From: Nitrospirota bacterium
GTDB lineage: Bacteria > Nitrospirota > UBA9217
Direction: 5' to 3'
NCBI GenBank assembly: GCA_029858565.1
Contig: JAOUEV010000022.1
Span: forward strand, 1 to 49,340
DNA length: 49,340 nt
A program made the position numbers and the translations under genes. Position 1 is the first letter of the stretch. The number at the start of each line of letters is the position of its first letter. Positions 1 through 8,879 of this stretch are shown here, piece after piece. The notes under the pieces are model-generated. The model had not been told where the DNA came from. It searched no databases and saw only the letters and a list, made by a program, of their open reading frames with translations.

Positions 1-372
1 CGTCACGAATATGCCGAACACCGAGACGCAGAAGATGCAGAGCCTGCCGATCCAGAAGACCTGGTAACCGGCGAAGAAACCCTCGGCAGCAAGCGCCGCG
101 ATGATCACCAGGCTCACGAACTGGTCACGGAGCTTGTTCTCGGTCCGCAGCCCTCGTGCGGAAAGAACTGTCAGCAGGGCCAGGACCGCTGTCCCGGGCA
201 GGATGATCGCAAGATCGCCGAACCGGCTGTACTGGGCAACGACCTTGCACCCTTCGCCGGAGCAGATGCTGGTCCCGAACAGCTGGAGCACCGCTTCCAG
301 GGCCAGATACAGCGCGCCAAGGCCGCTCACGATGAGAAATGCAAGAGATGATAGATAGCGTCCGTTGATCAT
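1..372 (-). CDS. Vitamin K epoxide reductase (VKOR) family membrane protein, 3' part runs off the window
   Basis: Hand translation from ATG at 372: MINGRYLSSLAFLIVSGLGALYLALEAVLQLFGTSICSGEGCKVVAQYSRFG...YQVFWIGRLCIFCVSVFGIFVT. Has the loop Cys pair (CSGEGC), TM helices and the CxxC (CIFC) typical of VKOR. Not in the ORF track. Confidence 0.8.
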   Translation of the reverse strand, partial: MINGRYLSSLAFLIVSGLGALYLALEAVLQLFGTSICSGEGCKVVAQYSRFGDLAIILPGTAVLALLTVLSARGLRTENKLRDQFVSLVIIAALAAEGFFAGYQVFWIGRLCIFCVSVFGIFVT

Positions 373-400
373 GATTCACCAGTAAAAGATTTCATGACTC

Positions 401-1594
401 TTACAACCGCTTCGCCACGGCACTGATAAACTCCTCGGTCTGCGCGTGCTTCCCTGGCCTCGGCTCGGCAATGGCCGCGAGGTCCTTGGTCATGACGCCT
501 GCCTCGATCGTCGCAAGCACCGCGGCCTCGAGCTTGCGAGCAAAGACAGCCACCTCCGGCGTGCCGTCCAGCTCCGCCCGCCGGGCAAGCGCGCCGGTCC
601 AGGCGAAGATGGATGCCACGGAGTTCGTTGACGTGGGATTCCCCTTGAGGTGCTCGTAATAGTGACGCATCACCGTGCCGTGAGCGGCCTCGTACACATA
701 CTTCCCGTCGGGCGAGACGAGCACCGAGGTCATGAGGCCCAGACTGCCGAAGCCCGATGCCACCATGTCGCTCATCACATCGCCGTCATAGTTCATGCAG
801 GCCCAGAGCATCCCGCCTTCGGCCTTCATGATCTGCGCCACGGCGTCGTCGATCAGCATGTACCGGTACTTCACCCCTGCCCGGTCCAGGTCTGCCTTCC
901 GCTCCCCGACCTCCTGGTCAAAGAGCTCTTTGAAGAACCCGTGGTAGGTCTTCGAGATCGTGTCCTTGGCGCCGAACCAGAGGTCGCATTTCTCGCCAAG
1001 CGCGTAAGCGATGCAGGCCCGGGCAAAGCTCCGCACGGACTTCTCGGTGTTATGCATGCCCATGATCACGCCGGGGCCCTTGAAGTCGTGGATGGAAAGA
1101 ACGACCCGGTCACCGCCTGACGCAGGCGTGAATGTCATTTCCGCCCTGCCTGCTCCAGGCACCTGGAATTCCACGGACCGGTAGATGTCGCCGTAGGCAT
1201 GGCGGCCGATGCTGATCGGCTTTTTCCAGCTCCGGACAGCGGGAGGAATGCATTGCACCGTGATAGGCTTGCGGAATACCGTGCCGTCGAGCACGCTCCG
1301 GATCGTGCCATTGGGGCTCTTCCATGCCTGCTTGAGGCCGTACTCCTTCACCCGTGCGGCATTCGGCGTGATCGTGGCGCACTTGACGCCGACGCCGAAG
1401 CGGATCACGGCGTTCGCCGCGTCGATCGTGACCTGGTCGTCGGTCTCATCGCGGTGCTTGACGCCCAGGTCGAAATACTTGAGGTCCATCTTCAGATGGG
1501 GAAGAAGCAGCTTTTCCTTGATCATCTGCCAGATGATCCTGGTCATTTCATCGCCGTCCATCTCTACGATGGGGTTCTTCACAGTGATCGCCAC
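401..1594 (-). CDS. icd: NADP-dependent isocitrate dehydrogenase (eukaryote-like type II)
   Basis: Motifs [42 protein letters not shown]. Start placed at GTG 1594 behind a GGAGG RBS. Confidence 0.95.
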   Translation of the reverse strand: MAITVKNPIVEMDGDEMTRIIWQMIKEKLLLPHLKMDLKYFDLGVKHRDETDDQVTIDAANAVIRFGVGVKCATITPNAARVKEYGLKQAWKSPNGTIRSVLDGTVFRKPITVQCIPPAVRSWKKPISIGRHAYGDIYRSVEFQVPGAGRAEMTFTPASGGDRVVLSIHDFKGPGVIMGMHNTEKSVRSFARACIAYALGEKCDLWFGAKDTISKTYHGFFKELFDQEVGERKADLDRAGVKYRYMLIDDAVAQIMKAEGGMLWACMNYDGDVMSDMVASGFGSLGLMTSVLVSPDGKYVYEAAHGTVMRHYYEHLKGNPTSTNSVASIFAWTGALARRAELDGTPEVAVFARKLEAAVLATIEAGVMTKDLAAIAEPRPGKHAQTEEFISAVAKRL

Positions 1595-1970
1595 GAGCAA
1601 TGCCTCCAGGTCCGTAATTGTATACAAAGGCGAAGTGAATATTAATGCGGGAATGGGGAAAATGTCAACACCGCAGTAAGCAAAACCAATTGACTTCACC
1701 ACCCCACTTTGCTATTCTCGCCGCACAGATCAGATCCTCATCGCACTTAAGTTCATTTAACACCATTTGATGCGCCAACAGCGTGACACTGCCCCCGGCG
1801 GGCCAGCGCGGCCTGACTATATCTTCACCTGGAAGCGGGGCAGCGGCGATGAAATGGAGGAATGGGGAATCCACAGTTTCCAAGGGAATATATTGGCGAG
1901 GAAGATTATGAAAACACCGTGCTTGGGGTATATTCAGTTATTAATTTCTACTGCTAGGAAGCGAGAAATA

Positions 1971-2492
1971 ATGAAAAAACTAAATCTTGCCAGCATGTTA
2001 TTCATAATTCTTGCCGTCGCCGGGTGCTATATGCCGATCAAGGGGCGCGTTATCGACGCTGAAACACAACAACCCATCGAAGGGGCAGTGGTGATGGTGG
2101 AGTGGACGAAGCAGCACGGTTTTATCGACCATTGGACGGAATCGTACAAGGTTGTAGAGGTTGTTTCAGATAAAGAGGGCAGGGTGAAGATCAAAGGATG
2201 CTACAGCCCCTTTGTAGCGCCGCCGCATGTTACGGTGTATAAAAAGGGATATGTGGCCTGGAACGATGAGGCGATATTTCAAGGGCGGGCGAGAACGGAT
2301 TTTAAGTGGGGTGATTATGAGTTTAAACTAGTGCAGTTTAAACCGGAATACTCGTATGATCAACATATATTTTTTATTAAGATGTCAATTCGATCTTCTC
2401 TGAATTTTGAATCAAAGCAAATCATTGAGAAGGCTATCGATTGGGAAGAAGAGTTGGCGATCGAGGAACAAAGAAGGCTGAGAAATAAATAG
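1971..2492 (+). CDS. Lipoprotein with carboxypeptidase-regulatory-like (transthyretin-fold) domain
   Basis: Lipobox AVAGC; GRVIDAETQQPIEGAVV motif; AT-rich. Start taken at ATG 1971. Confidence 0.75.
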   Translation: MKKLNLASMLFIILAVAGCYMPIKGRVIDAETQQPIEGAVVMVEWTKQHGFIDHWTESYKVVEVVSDKEGRVKIKGCYSPFVAPPHVTVYKKGYVAWNDEAIFQGRARTDFKWGDYEFKLVQFKPEYSYDQHIFFIKMSIRSSLNFESKQIIEKAIDWEEELAIEEQRRLRNK

Positions 2493-2493
2493 A

Positions 2494-3066
2494 ATGAGAA
2501 AGAAAATTCATCTTTTAATACTTTTCATCTGTCTGTCGCTCCAGACCGGCTGTCTCTATGCCGTTCGCTACGACGGGCCATACCAAGGCAAGGTCGTGGA
2601 CGAGCAGACCCGCGAGCCGATCGAAGGCGCGGTGGTACTCGGCTGGTGGATGGTGCATCATTTTTGTGTGGGCGGCGGCTTCGGGACCTATCACGATGCC
2701 ACGGAAGTCGTAACAGACAGGAACGGCGAATTCACCATCCCCGGCCAGGGACTGCGTATTTTAAGCAATCTGAAGCCGATGGATTTTCTGATCTATAAGG
2801 CTGGGTATACCTATTTCCAGAGTTCCTGGATGTCGCTAAAGGTGGAGGATAGAAAAGATATGATCAAGTGGGATGGCGAGACACCGAGCATTCCGATTAG
2901 GAAACTGACTGATGAGGAAAGGAAGAAATATTCGTTGCCAGGGCGGCCGCATGATGCACCTTTAAAAAGGATGTTTTTAATGACTCAAGAACTCAATAAA
3001 GAGATGATCTATAAAGGACTCGAGCCATATATCCTTGCACCTACAAAGGTTGGAGGAGATAAATGA
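2494..3066 (+). CDS. Lipoprotein with carboxypeptidase-regulatory-like domain, paralog of the upstream gene
   Basis: Lipobox LQTGC; GKVVDEQTREPIEGAVV and IYKAGY motifs shared with 1971..2492. Confidence 0.8.
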   Translation: MRKKIHLLILFICLSLQTGCLYAVRYDGPYQGKVVDEQTREPIEGAVVLGWWMVHHFCVGGGFGTYHDATEVVTDRNGEFTIPGQGLRILSNLKPMDFLIYKAGYTYFQSSWMSLKVEDRKDMIKWDGETPSIPIRKLTDEERKKYSLPGRPHDAPLKRMFLMTQELNKEMIYKGLEPYILAPTKVGGDK

Positions 3067-3334
3067 ATAAGTATGGGAATTGGGGACTGGGGAAGAACAG
3101 CCTCATGCTCTACCCATATATAACGTTGTTACTTACATTGCAAAACGCGTGACGGTGCGCTTAGATGTTGGCAGGTGAAAAGATTGATGGTGGAGCTATA
3201 ACGCAACGTAAGCATCAACTTCCCCAAGGTGCAAAGTGTGTTCGTGCTCCGCATTTCTGCTTGAATTTGCCGCCGGTGTATAGTACAGTTCGGCGTAATG
3301 GATCCGGCACTGCCGGGTCGGAAAAGGAGGCGTC

Positions 3335-4183
3335 ATGTCCATAATCCTGAGACGTTCGTGTATCGCGGTCCTGCTGTTGCTCGCTTTCCTGGCGGGCTCT
3401 CCGGCTGCCGCGGAGATCGAATGGACCGAAAAGCGAAAGCTCACGCTCGATGCGTCGCCCCTCGACATGGTTACTACGCCCAATGGCAGGTGGCTCATCG
3501 TGCTCACCCCCGGCGAAGTCCTGGTCTATTCCGCGCCTGACATGCGGGTCCTTAGCCGCTTCGGCGTGGACCCGTCCTTCGACAAGCTGCTCGTATCGGG
3601 CGACGAGCAGGTCATCCTTGCGAGCACCACGGGCAAGACCCTGAAGTTCCTTCAACTGGACGAGGTCTTTACGTTCACGAACGCGGGTGTGCCGTTCATG
3701 GGTCCGGAGAACGCGCCGGTCACGATCACCGTGTTCAGCGACTACCAATGACCATACTGTGCGCGGCTTGAGCCGCTCCTCCAGCAGTTGCTGGAGAAAT
3801 ACCCCCGGGACGTCAAGATCGTACTGAAGCAGTTCCCCCTCCCGATGCATCAGTTCGCACGAAAAGCCTCGGCCGCGGTACTGGCTGCCGACCGCCAGGG
3901 CAAGTACCGGGAGTTCAGCCATCAGCTCTTCGAGAACTTCTCCCAGCTCTCCGACGGGAAGCTCCAGGAGATCGCGAAGAAGCTCGGCCTGAACCTGGAG
4001 AAGTTCAACAAGGACCTGAACGATCATGCGATCCAGACCAGGATCAACACGGACATCACCGACGGCAACCGGGCGAATGTCCAGGGCACGCCGACGTTGT
4101 TCATCAATGGCAGGCTGGTGCGGGACCGCGGGCCCCAGATGTTCCAGGAGATCGAAGCGGAAGCGAGAAAGAAGAGACAGTAA
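3335..4183 (+). CDS. Exported DsbA/DsbG-family thioredoxin-fold selenoprotein (UxxC), UGA at 3749-3751 read as Sec
   Basis: ORFs 3335..3751 and 3788..4183 share a frame. Read-through gives APVTITVFSDYQ-U-PYCARL...VQGTPTLFINGR, a DsbA-type active site and cis-Pro motif. N-terminal signal peptide. Confidence 0.88.
3763..3776 (+). promoter_or_regulatory. Candidate bacterial SECIS hairpin
   Basis: GCGGC-TTGA-GCCGC stem-loop with G in the apical loop, starting 11 nt after the UGA. Confidence 0.65.
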
Positions 4184-4234
4184 CGGACCCTGCGGAATCC
4201 ATGTCACCACCGCAGGCGCAAGGAGCGATCAGGA

Positions 4235-4969
4235 GTGGCCCCATCAATAAAGGAGGAACTGGTTCTGGACGCCTGCCGCACCCTGTTCGGGTCGCGCGTC
4301 CGCATGGGCCGGGACTTCCTGCTCTATCTCCAGCCCGGCGGCGCGAAATCCGCCTTCCGCAGGATCGCGAAAGAGACCCATCCCGACCTCTTCACCGCCG
4401 AGGAGCCCCATGTCCAGAAACAGCAGACCGAGCGTCTTCGCCGGGTCATCGAGGCCTACGAAATGCTGAACGAGTTCTTCCGGCAGCGCGAGGATGGCCG
4501 CTGGATGCCCGCCGCGTCGTATGATGGACCCCCGCTCGACGCAGGCCGCCAGGCCGTGAAGGACCAGGACAAGCTCTATGAGGGTGCTGTTCCCGGACGC
4601 ATGCTCGAGATCGGCGAGTATCTCTACTATCGCCGCATCATTCCCTATCGAGCCCTCCGCGAGGCCCTGGACTGGCAGCGCCGCCAGCGTCCGCTCATCG
4701 GCGATATCGCCCGCCAGTGGAACTGGCTTGATGACGACCAGGTGCGGACGATCCTTCAGCACCGCGGAACGTCGCGCCGCTTCGGCGAGAGCGCGGTGCA
4801 GCTCGGCCTGCTGGAGCCGCGCCACGTGACCGCGATCCTCTGGATGCAGCGCTCGCACCAGGAACGGCTGGGCGAGTTCTTCATCCTGCGGGGGTATCTG
4901 AAGCGGGACGCTCTGGACCGCCTGCTCCAGGAGTTCCACAGCCACAACGCGCGGCACAGCAGGAACTGA
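4235..4969 (+). CDS. J-domain (HPD) protein with four C-terminal MshEN-like motifs
   Basis: KSAFRRIAKETHPDLF J-domain; four 24-aa motifs such as RLGEFFILRGYLKRDALDRLLQEF. Confidence 0.8.
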   Translation: MAPSIKEELVLDACRTLFGSRVRMGRDFLLYLQPGGAKSAFRRIAKETHPDLFTAEEPHVQKQQTERLRRVIEAYEMLNEFFRQREDGRWMPAASYDGPPLDAGRQAVKDQDKLYEGAVPGRMLEIGEYLYYRRIIPYRALREALDWQRRQRPLIGDIARQWNWLDDDQVRTILQHRGTSRRFGESAVQLGLLEPRHVTAILWMQRSHQERLGEFFILRGYLKRDALDRLLQEFHSHNARHSRN

Positions 4970-4986
4970 CCGCGGCTCCCAGCCAT

Positions 4987-5679
4987 CTACTTCCTTCTCA
5001 GAAACACCACGTACGCCCCGCTGCCGCCTTTATCGCGCGGCGCGGGATGGAATTCGGCGACCGGTGCCGCGCCCGGACCGGAAAGCCAATCAGCCTCCGC
5101 TCCCTTCAGCACCGGCCCGTCCATGGAGTTGTTTCCCTTGCCGGTGATCACCAGCACCGCCTGCTGTCCCCGCGCCGCGGCATTGGCAATGAAATGCGCC
5201 AGCCGGTGAAGTGCCTCATCACGAAGACAGCCGTGCAGGTCGAGCTCTCCGCTGATCCGCAGAACACCCTTCTTCAACTGCCGCATTCTGCCCGATGCTG
5301 ACCGCGGCTCCCGTGACCCCGTTCCCTCGTCATCGTCAGGCTCAGGCCGAAACTCCGCGGTCCCGAGGTTTTGCATTGCCTGCAGGAACAGTTCCCCGCC
5401 TGACGCTTCGACGTCCCCGCGTTCCCGCGGCTTTCCGGTCTTCCGCACCAGAGATGACGTGTTTTCCTCGTCCCGCTCTCCATGAACAACAGGACGCGCG
5501 CCGGCAATGGCGCGCAGGAACAGGTCCTCGTCATCGCCCTCCTGCTGAATCGCGGGAGCCGGGGGCCGCTGTTTTGCCGGAGCTGACGGACCCTCCCGGG
5601 GAGTGAATTTCTTCAGTTCCCGAAAAGGCGTGTTCCTGAACGCGCCGGCTCCCGGTTCTTCTTTCTTTCGTTTGCTCAT
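4987..5679 (-). CDS. Smr/MutS2 C-terminal domain protein
   Basis: ELDLHG, VLVITGKGNNS and GGSGAYVVFL Smr motifs. Confidence 0.9.
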   Translation of the reverse strand: MSKRKKEEPGAGAFRNTPFRELKKFTPREGPSAPAKQRPPAPAIQQEGDDEDLFLRAIAGARPVVHGERDEENTSSLVRKTGKPRERGDVEASGGELFLQAMQNLGTAEFRPEPDDDEGTGSREPRSASGRMRQLKKGVLRISGELDLHGCLRDEALHRLAHFIANAAARGQQAVLVITGKGNNSMDGPVLKGAEADWLSGPGAAPVAEFHPAPRDKGGSGAYVVFLRRK

Positions 5680-5748
5680 GATTGTCCTGCGATGCGGACG
5701 CGAACTGCGCGGGGGGCGGGCACAAGGCGGCGCACGGTCACGTGCCGG

Positions 5749-6981
5749 CTAATGATCGGGGTACCGCTCGCTGATGTTGCGGATCGTGTCGATACAATCG
5801 AAGAACGTGTCCACGATCGCCGGGTCAAAGTGGGTGCCCGAGCAGGCCTTCAGCTCGTCAAGGACCTGCGACTCATCCCACTTCTCCTTGTACGCGCGTT
5901 TCGAGCTCAGGGCGTCATAGACATCGGCAAGCGCGACGATCCTGCCGAACAGCGGGATCTCGTCGCCCTTCTTGGGCCGCGGCTTTCCGTCACCCTGCTC
6001 GTATCCGGGAATGGTCTTCCCATCATAGGGATTGATATGTCCCGGATAGCCGGTACCGTCCCACTTCTCATGATGGTTGAGCGCCACGACAGCTGATGCA
6101 TCGTCGAAATCCGAGTACTGCTCGGAAAAGAGGCGGGCGCCCATCATGGAATGCAGCTTCATGGCGTCACGCTCCGCGTCATCGAGCCGTCCCGGCTTTT
6201 TCAGGATCGTGTCGGAAATGGCGACCTTGCCCACATCGTGGAGCATGGCTGCCATGCGCAGGATGTCCCGGTTCTTTTCAATGATCTCATGCGAGACGCC
6301 CTGCTTGCCTGCCCAGTGCTCGTACAGGGCGACCGAGTAGGACCCGACGCGGTTCACGTGGGCGCCGGTCTCCTTCGGGTCGCGGAGCTCGGCCATCTTG
6401 ATGGTGCGGAGGATCATGGCGCGCGTGAGCTGGGCCCGTTCGATGGCCACGGCTGCCATGTTCGCGAAATGCATGATCAGCGGCTCGTCCTTCTTGGAGA
6501 ACGGGACGACCTTTCCGCGAGAGCTCTTCTCATTGATCAGCTGCAGCACCCCGACGATGTCGCCCCGGTTCGTCCTGAGCGGGAACGTGAGCATGGACTG
6601 CGTGCGGTATCCCGAGAGATCGTCGAATTTGCGGTTGAACGAGAAGGGGAGCGTTGTGGGCAGCTTGTACACATCCTGCAAATTCAGCATGTCGCCGGTA
6701 TTGGCGACATAACCCGCGATGGTCTGATTGTTGATCGGCAGGCTGAAGGTCGAATAGATGAGCTTCTTCCCGGGGGGAAGACGCTTCTGGAGCGTGTCGT
6801 TGTGGGTATAGCTGAACTTGAGCTTGTCTTCCTCTTTCACGTAGATCGTACCCGCGTCGGCGTTGACAAGGTGACGTGCCTCGCGCAGGATCCGCTCCAG
6901 CAGCACATCGAGGTCCTTGACCTGCGTGATCTCGATGCCGAGCGTGATGATCTTGGAGAATTTCTGTTTTTCCGTGAGCAT
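5749..6981 (-). CDS. GAF + HD-GYP domain cyclic-dinucleotide phosphodiesterase
   Basis: N-terminal GAF domain; ETGAHVNRV, LHDVGK, HHEKWDGTGYP, ADVYDALSSKRAYK. Confidence 0.92.
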   Translation of the reverse strand: MLTEKQKFSKIITLGIEITQVKDLDVLLERILREARHLVNADAGTIYVKEEDKLKFSYTHNDTLQKRLPPGKKLIYSTFSLPINNQTIAGYVANTGDMLNLQDVYKLPTTLPFSFNRKFDDLSGYRTQSMLTFPLRTNRGDIVGVLQLINEKSSRGKVVPFSKKDEPLIMHFANMAAVAIERAQLTRAMILRTIKMAELRDPKETGAHVNRVGSYSVALYEHWAGKQGVSHEIIEKNRDILRMAAMLHDVGKVAISDTILKKPGRLDDAERDAMKLHSMMGARLFSEQYSDFDDASAVVALNHHEKWDGTGYPGHINPYDGKTIPGYEQGDGKPRPKKGDEIPLFGRIVALADVYDALSSKRAYKEKWDESQVLDELKACSGTHFDPAIVDTFFDCIDTIRNISERYPDH

Positions 6982-7061
6982 TGCTCATTTTACCCCCCAT
7001 CATCGTTGTTGTCAATTCGCAAGCAGCGAGGTCGAAGCGGGCCTGTACGGACTTTTCCCGA

Positions 7062-7090
7062 TTGACTCACTGTGGGTTTTTTGTTATAGT
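7062..7090 (+). promoter_or_regulatory. sigma70-type promoter of dksA
   Basis: TTGACT-N17-TATAGT with extended -10 TG. Confidence 0.65.
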
Positions 7091-7152
7091 ATAGGACTTC
7101 AGCCTTGCTGAGGCATCATCGGCAGGCGCGATCAGTGCACGAGGTCAGTTGC

Positions 7153-7521
7153 ATGAACAGTACGAACAAGATGCTTTCACTCAAGAAGAAGCTCCTGAAG
7201 CAGCGCGAGGAGCTCCTCTCCGAGGCCGAACATACCATCAACACCAAGCTGGTCACGGAAAAGGAGAGCTTTCCGGACCCCACGGACCAGGCGGCAGCGG
7301 AGCATGACAGCAATTTCCTTCTTCGCCTTCGCGGCAGGGAACAGAAGCTGCTCAAGAAGATCGACGAGGCGATCGCCCGGATCGACGACGGTTCCTACGG
7401 CGTGTGCGAATCCTGCGGCGGCCAGATCGGCATCAAGCGCCTCGAGGCGCGTCCGGTGACAACGCTGTGCATCGAATGCAAGACCCAGCAGGAAGAGGAC
7501 GAGAAACGCCAGGCAGGATAA
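7153..7521 (+). CDS. dksA: RNA polymerase-binding protein DksA
   Basis: DPTDQA coiled-coil tip (DxxDxA) and C4 zinc finger CESC...CIEC. Start ATG 7153. Confidence 0.92.
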   Translation: MNSTNKMLSLKKKLLKQREELLSEAEHTINTKLVTEKESFPDPTDQAAAEHDSNFLLRLRGREQKLLKKIDEAIARIDDGSYGVCESCGGQIGIKRLEARPVTTLCIECKTQQEEDEKRQAG

Positions 7522-7562
7522 CTGATCAATCACGCCGGGATGGAGCAAAGCGAAGTAATGGT

Positions 7563-7596
7563 CGGGCTGACGGTAACAGGTCGGCCCGTTTTTTAT
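7563..7596 (+). terminator. Probable intrinsic terminator after dksA
   Basis: CGGGCTGAC...GTCGGCCCG hairpin followed by a T run. Confidence 0.6.
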
Positions 7597-7609
7597 TCGG
7601 AGGATTGCG

Positions 7610-7735
7610 ATGGACCAGGAAAAGGACACGAGCGATGTCCAGGAGATAAAGACGCTTCTTCGGGAGATCCTGCAGATGCAGGAACAGCTGCTCCACCGGA
7701 TCGAGAAACTGGAAGAGTCAGTTCGGAAGAACTAA
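7610..7735 (+). CDS. Small coiled-coil protein (41 aa)
   Basis: GGAGG RBS then MDQEKDTSDVQEIKTLLREILQMQEQLLHRIEKLEESVRKN with heptad pattern; below the ORF-track cutoff. Confidence 0.6.
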   Translation: MDQEKDTSDVQEIKTLLREILQMQEQLLHRIEKLEESVRKN

Positions 7736-7784
7736 GGAAGCAGACGGTCGCTGCCAACGCGGTGCATTCGGTATAATGAAATGG

Positions 7785-7820
7785 AAATGGGTTGCGGCTA
7801 ATGCCGCAACCCATTTTATT
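7785..7820. terminator. Bidirectional terminator between the small ORF and the tRNA
   Basis: AAATGGGTTGCGGC-TAAT-GCCGCAACCCATTT perfect hairpin. Confidence 0.7.
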
Positions 7821-7824
7821 TGCA

Positions 7825-7899
7825 TGGTGGGCGCTACTGGGATTGAACCAGTGGCCCCTGCCGTGTGAAGGCAGTGCTCTCCCGCTGAGCTAAGCGCCC
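7825..7899 (-). tRNA. tRNA-Val(CAC)
   Basis: Reverse complement GGGCGCTTAGCTCAGCGGGAGAGCACTGCCTTCACACGGCAGGGGCCACTGGTTCAATCCCAGTAGCGCCCACCA; anticodon arm CTGCC-TTCACAC-GGCAG; encoded CCA. Confidence 0.97.
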
Positions 7900-7977
7900 G
7901 TGCAGGGTCATATCTTACCTGCCCCTCCCCGCCTGAGTCAAGAAAAATGTTGCCGTTTCTTCCGCGCGACCCGCTGG

Positions 7978-8006
7978 TTGACAGGACCGCGCCAAAATGC
8001 TTTAAT
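7978..8006 (+). promoter_or_regulatory. sigma70-type promoter of the PilZ gene
   Basis: TTGACA-N17-TTTAAT with extended -10 TG. Confidence 0.6.
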
Positions 8007-8040
8007 GGAACAAGTTCGCCGCAAGAAAGCAGGGAAGTGC

Positions 8041-8754
8041 ATGTTCGTTAAACCGGAAGTCCTGGTGATCTGTCCCACAGCAGCAGGAAGAATGTATCTC
8101 GGTGTTCTGCTCGGCCGCATCTGGTATCAGCCTCTCCTGGCCCGGACCGTTGACGAGGCCATCCATCATGCCAACCGCTCCCGCTTCGCCGTGCAGATCC
8201 TGGACGGCGACCTTCCCCTGGAGACCTTCAAGAGCGCCATCGCGGTGATCAAAACGCACCCGCTGACAAAGACCATCCCGCTGGTGGTGTTCGCTTCCAC
8301 AACAGCCGCTCCACCCGCTGAAACGCTTCGCGCCCTGGGATGCGAATGCGTTTTACCGAAACCCGTGGACTTCTCCCTGACCTACGCGACCCTGGCCCGG
8401 CTCTCCGGCCAGACGCGGCACCAGGCGCGCGTATCGCTCCATCTGGAGGTCACTTTGGAGGAACAGCTTCCCGAAGCAATGCTGATCTGTACGAACATTT
8501 CCGAAGGCGGCATGTTCCTCCGCACACCGTCACCGCCTGCCGCGGGATCGGTCCTGCGCATCAGATTCACCCTTCCCCAGGACAACCAGCTGATCAAAGC
8601 AGCAGCGACCGTGGTCCACCGCATGCAGCTGGGAACAACGATGGAGAAGGAACCGGGAGTTGGTCTGCGGTTCTCTTCCCTAGCGGAACAGGACCTGGCG
8701 CGCATCAGGCTGTTCGTCCAGCGCCAGATCCTCGGCGATCTTCGGTGGAGCTAG
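8041..8754 (+). CDS. Degenerate receiver domain + PilZ domain protein
   Basis: REC-like N-terminus ending in PKP; PilZ motifs RHQAR (RxxxR) and NISEGG, C-terminal GVGLRF. Confidence 0.85.
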   Translation: MFVKPEVLVICPTAAGRMYLGVLLGRIWYQPLLARTVDEAIHHANRSRFAVQILDGDLPLETFKSAIAVIKTHPLTKTIPLVVFASTTAAPPAETLRALGCECVLPKPVDFSLTYATLARLSGQTRHQARVSLHLEVTLEEQLPEAMLICTNISEGGMFLRTPSPPAAGSVLRIRFTLPQDNQLIKAAATVVHRMQLGTTMEKEPGVGLRFSSLAEQDLARIRLFVQRQILGDLRWS

Positions 8755-8879
8755 GCGCTCCGCCATCCTGCCCAGGGTCTTTTCATCCACCCGCACTGCC
8801 TGCCCGGTATGAGCAGGGTCATATAATTGCCTGCCCTTTGCTGGTAAAGTAGTAGCAGCGATACTGCCATGGGGAGGGA

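Noticed and set aside
3335-4183. Two separate genes or a nonsense pseudogene
   Set aside because: The stop is UGA exactly at the catalytic Cys column with a SECIS-like hairpin, so Sec read-through explains it better.
7825-7899. tRNA as an island integration site
   Set aside because: No integrase adjacent and no duplicated tRNA 3' end noticed in the window.
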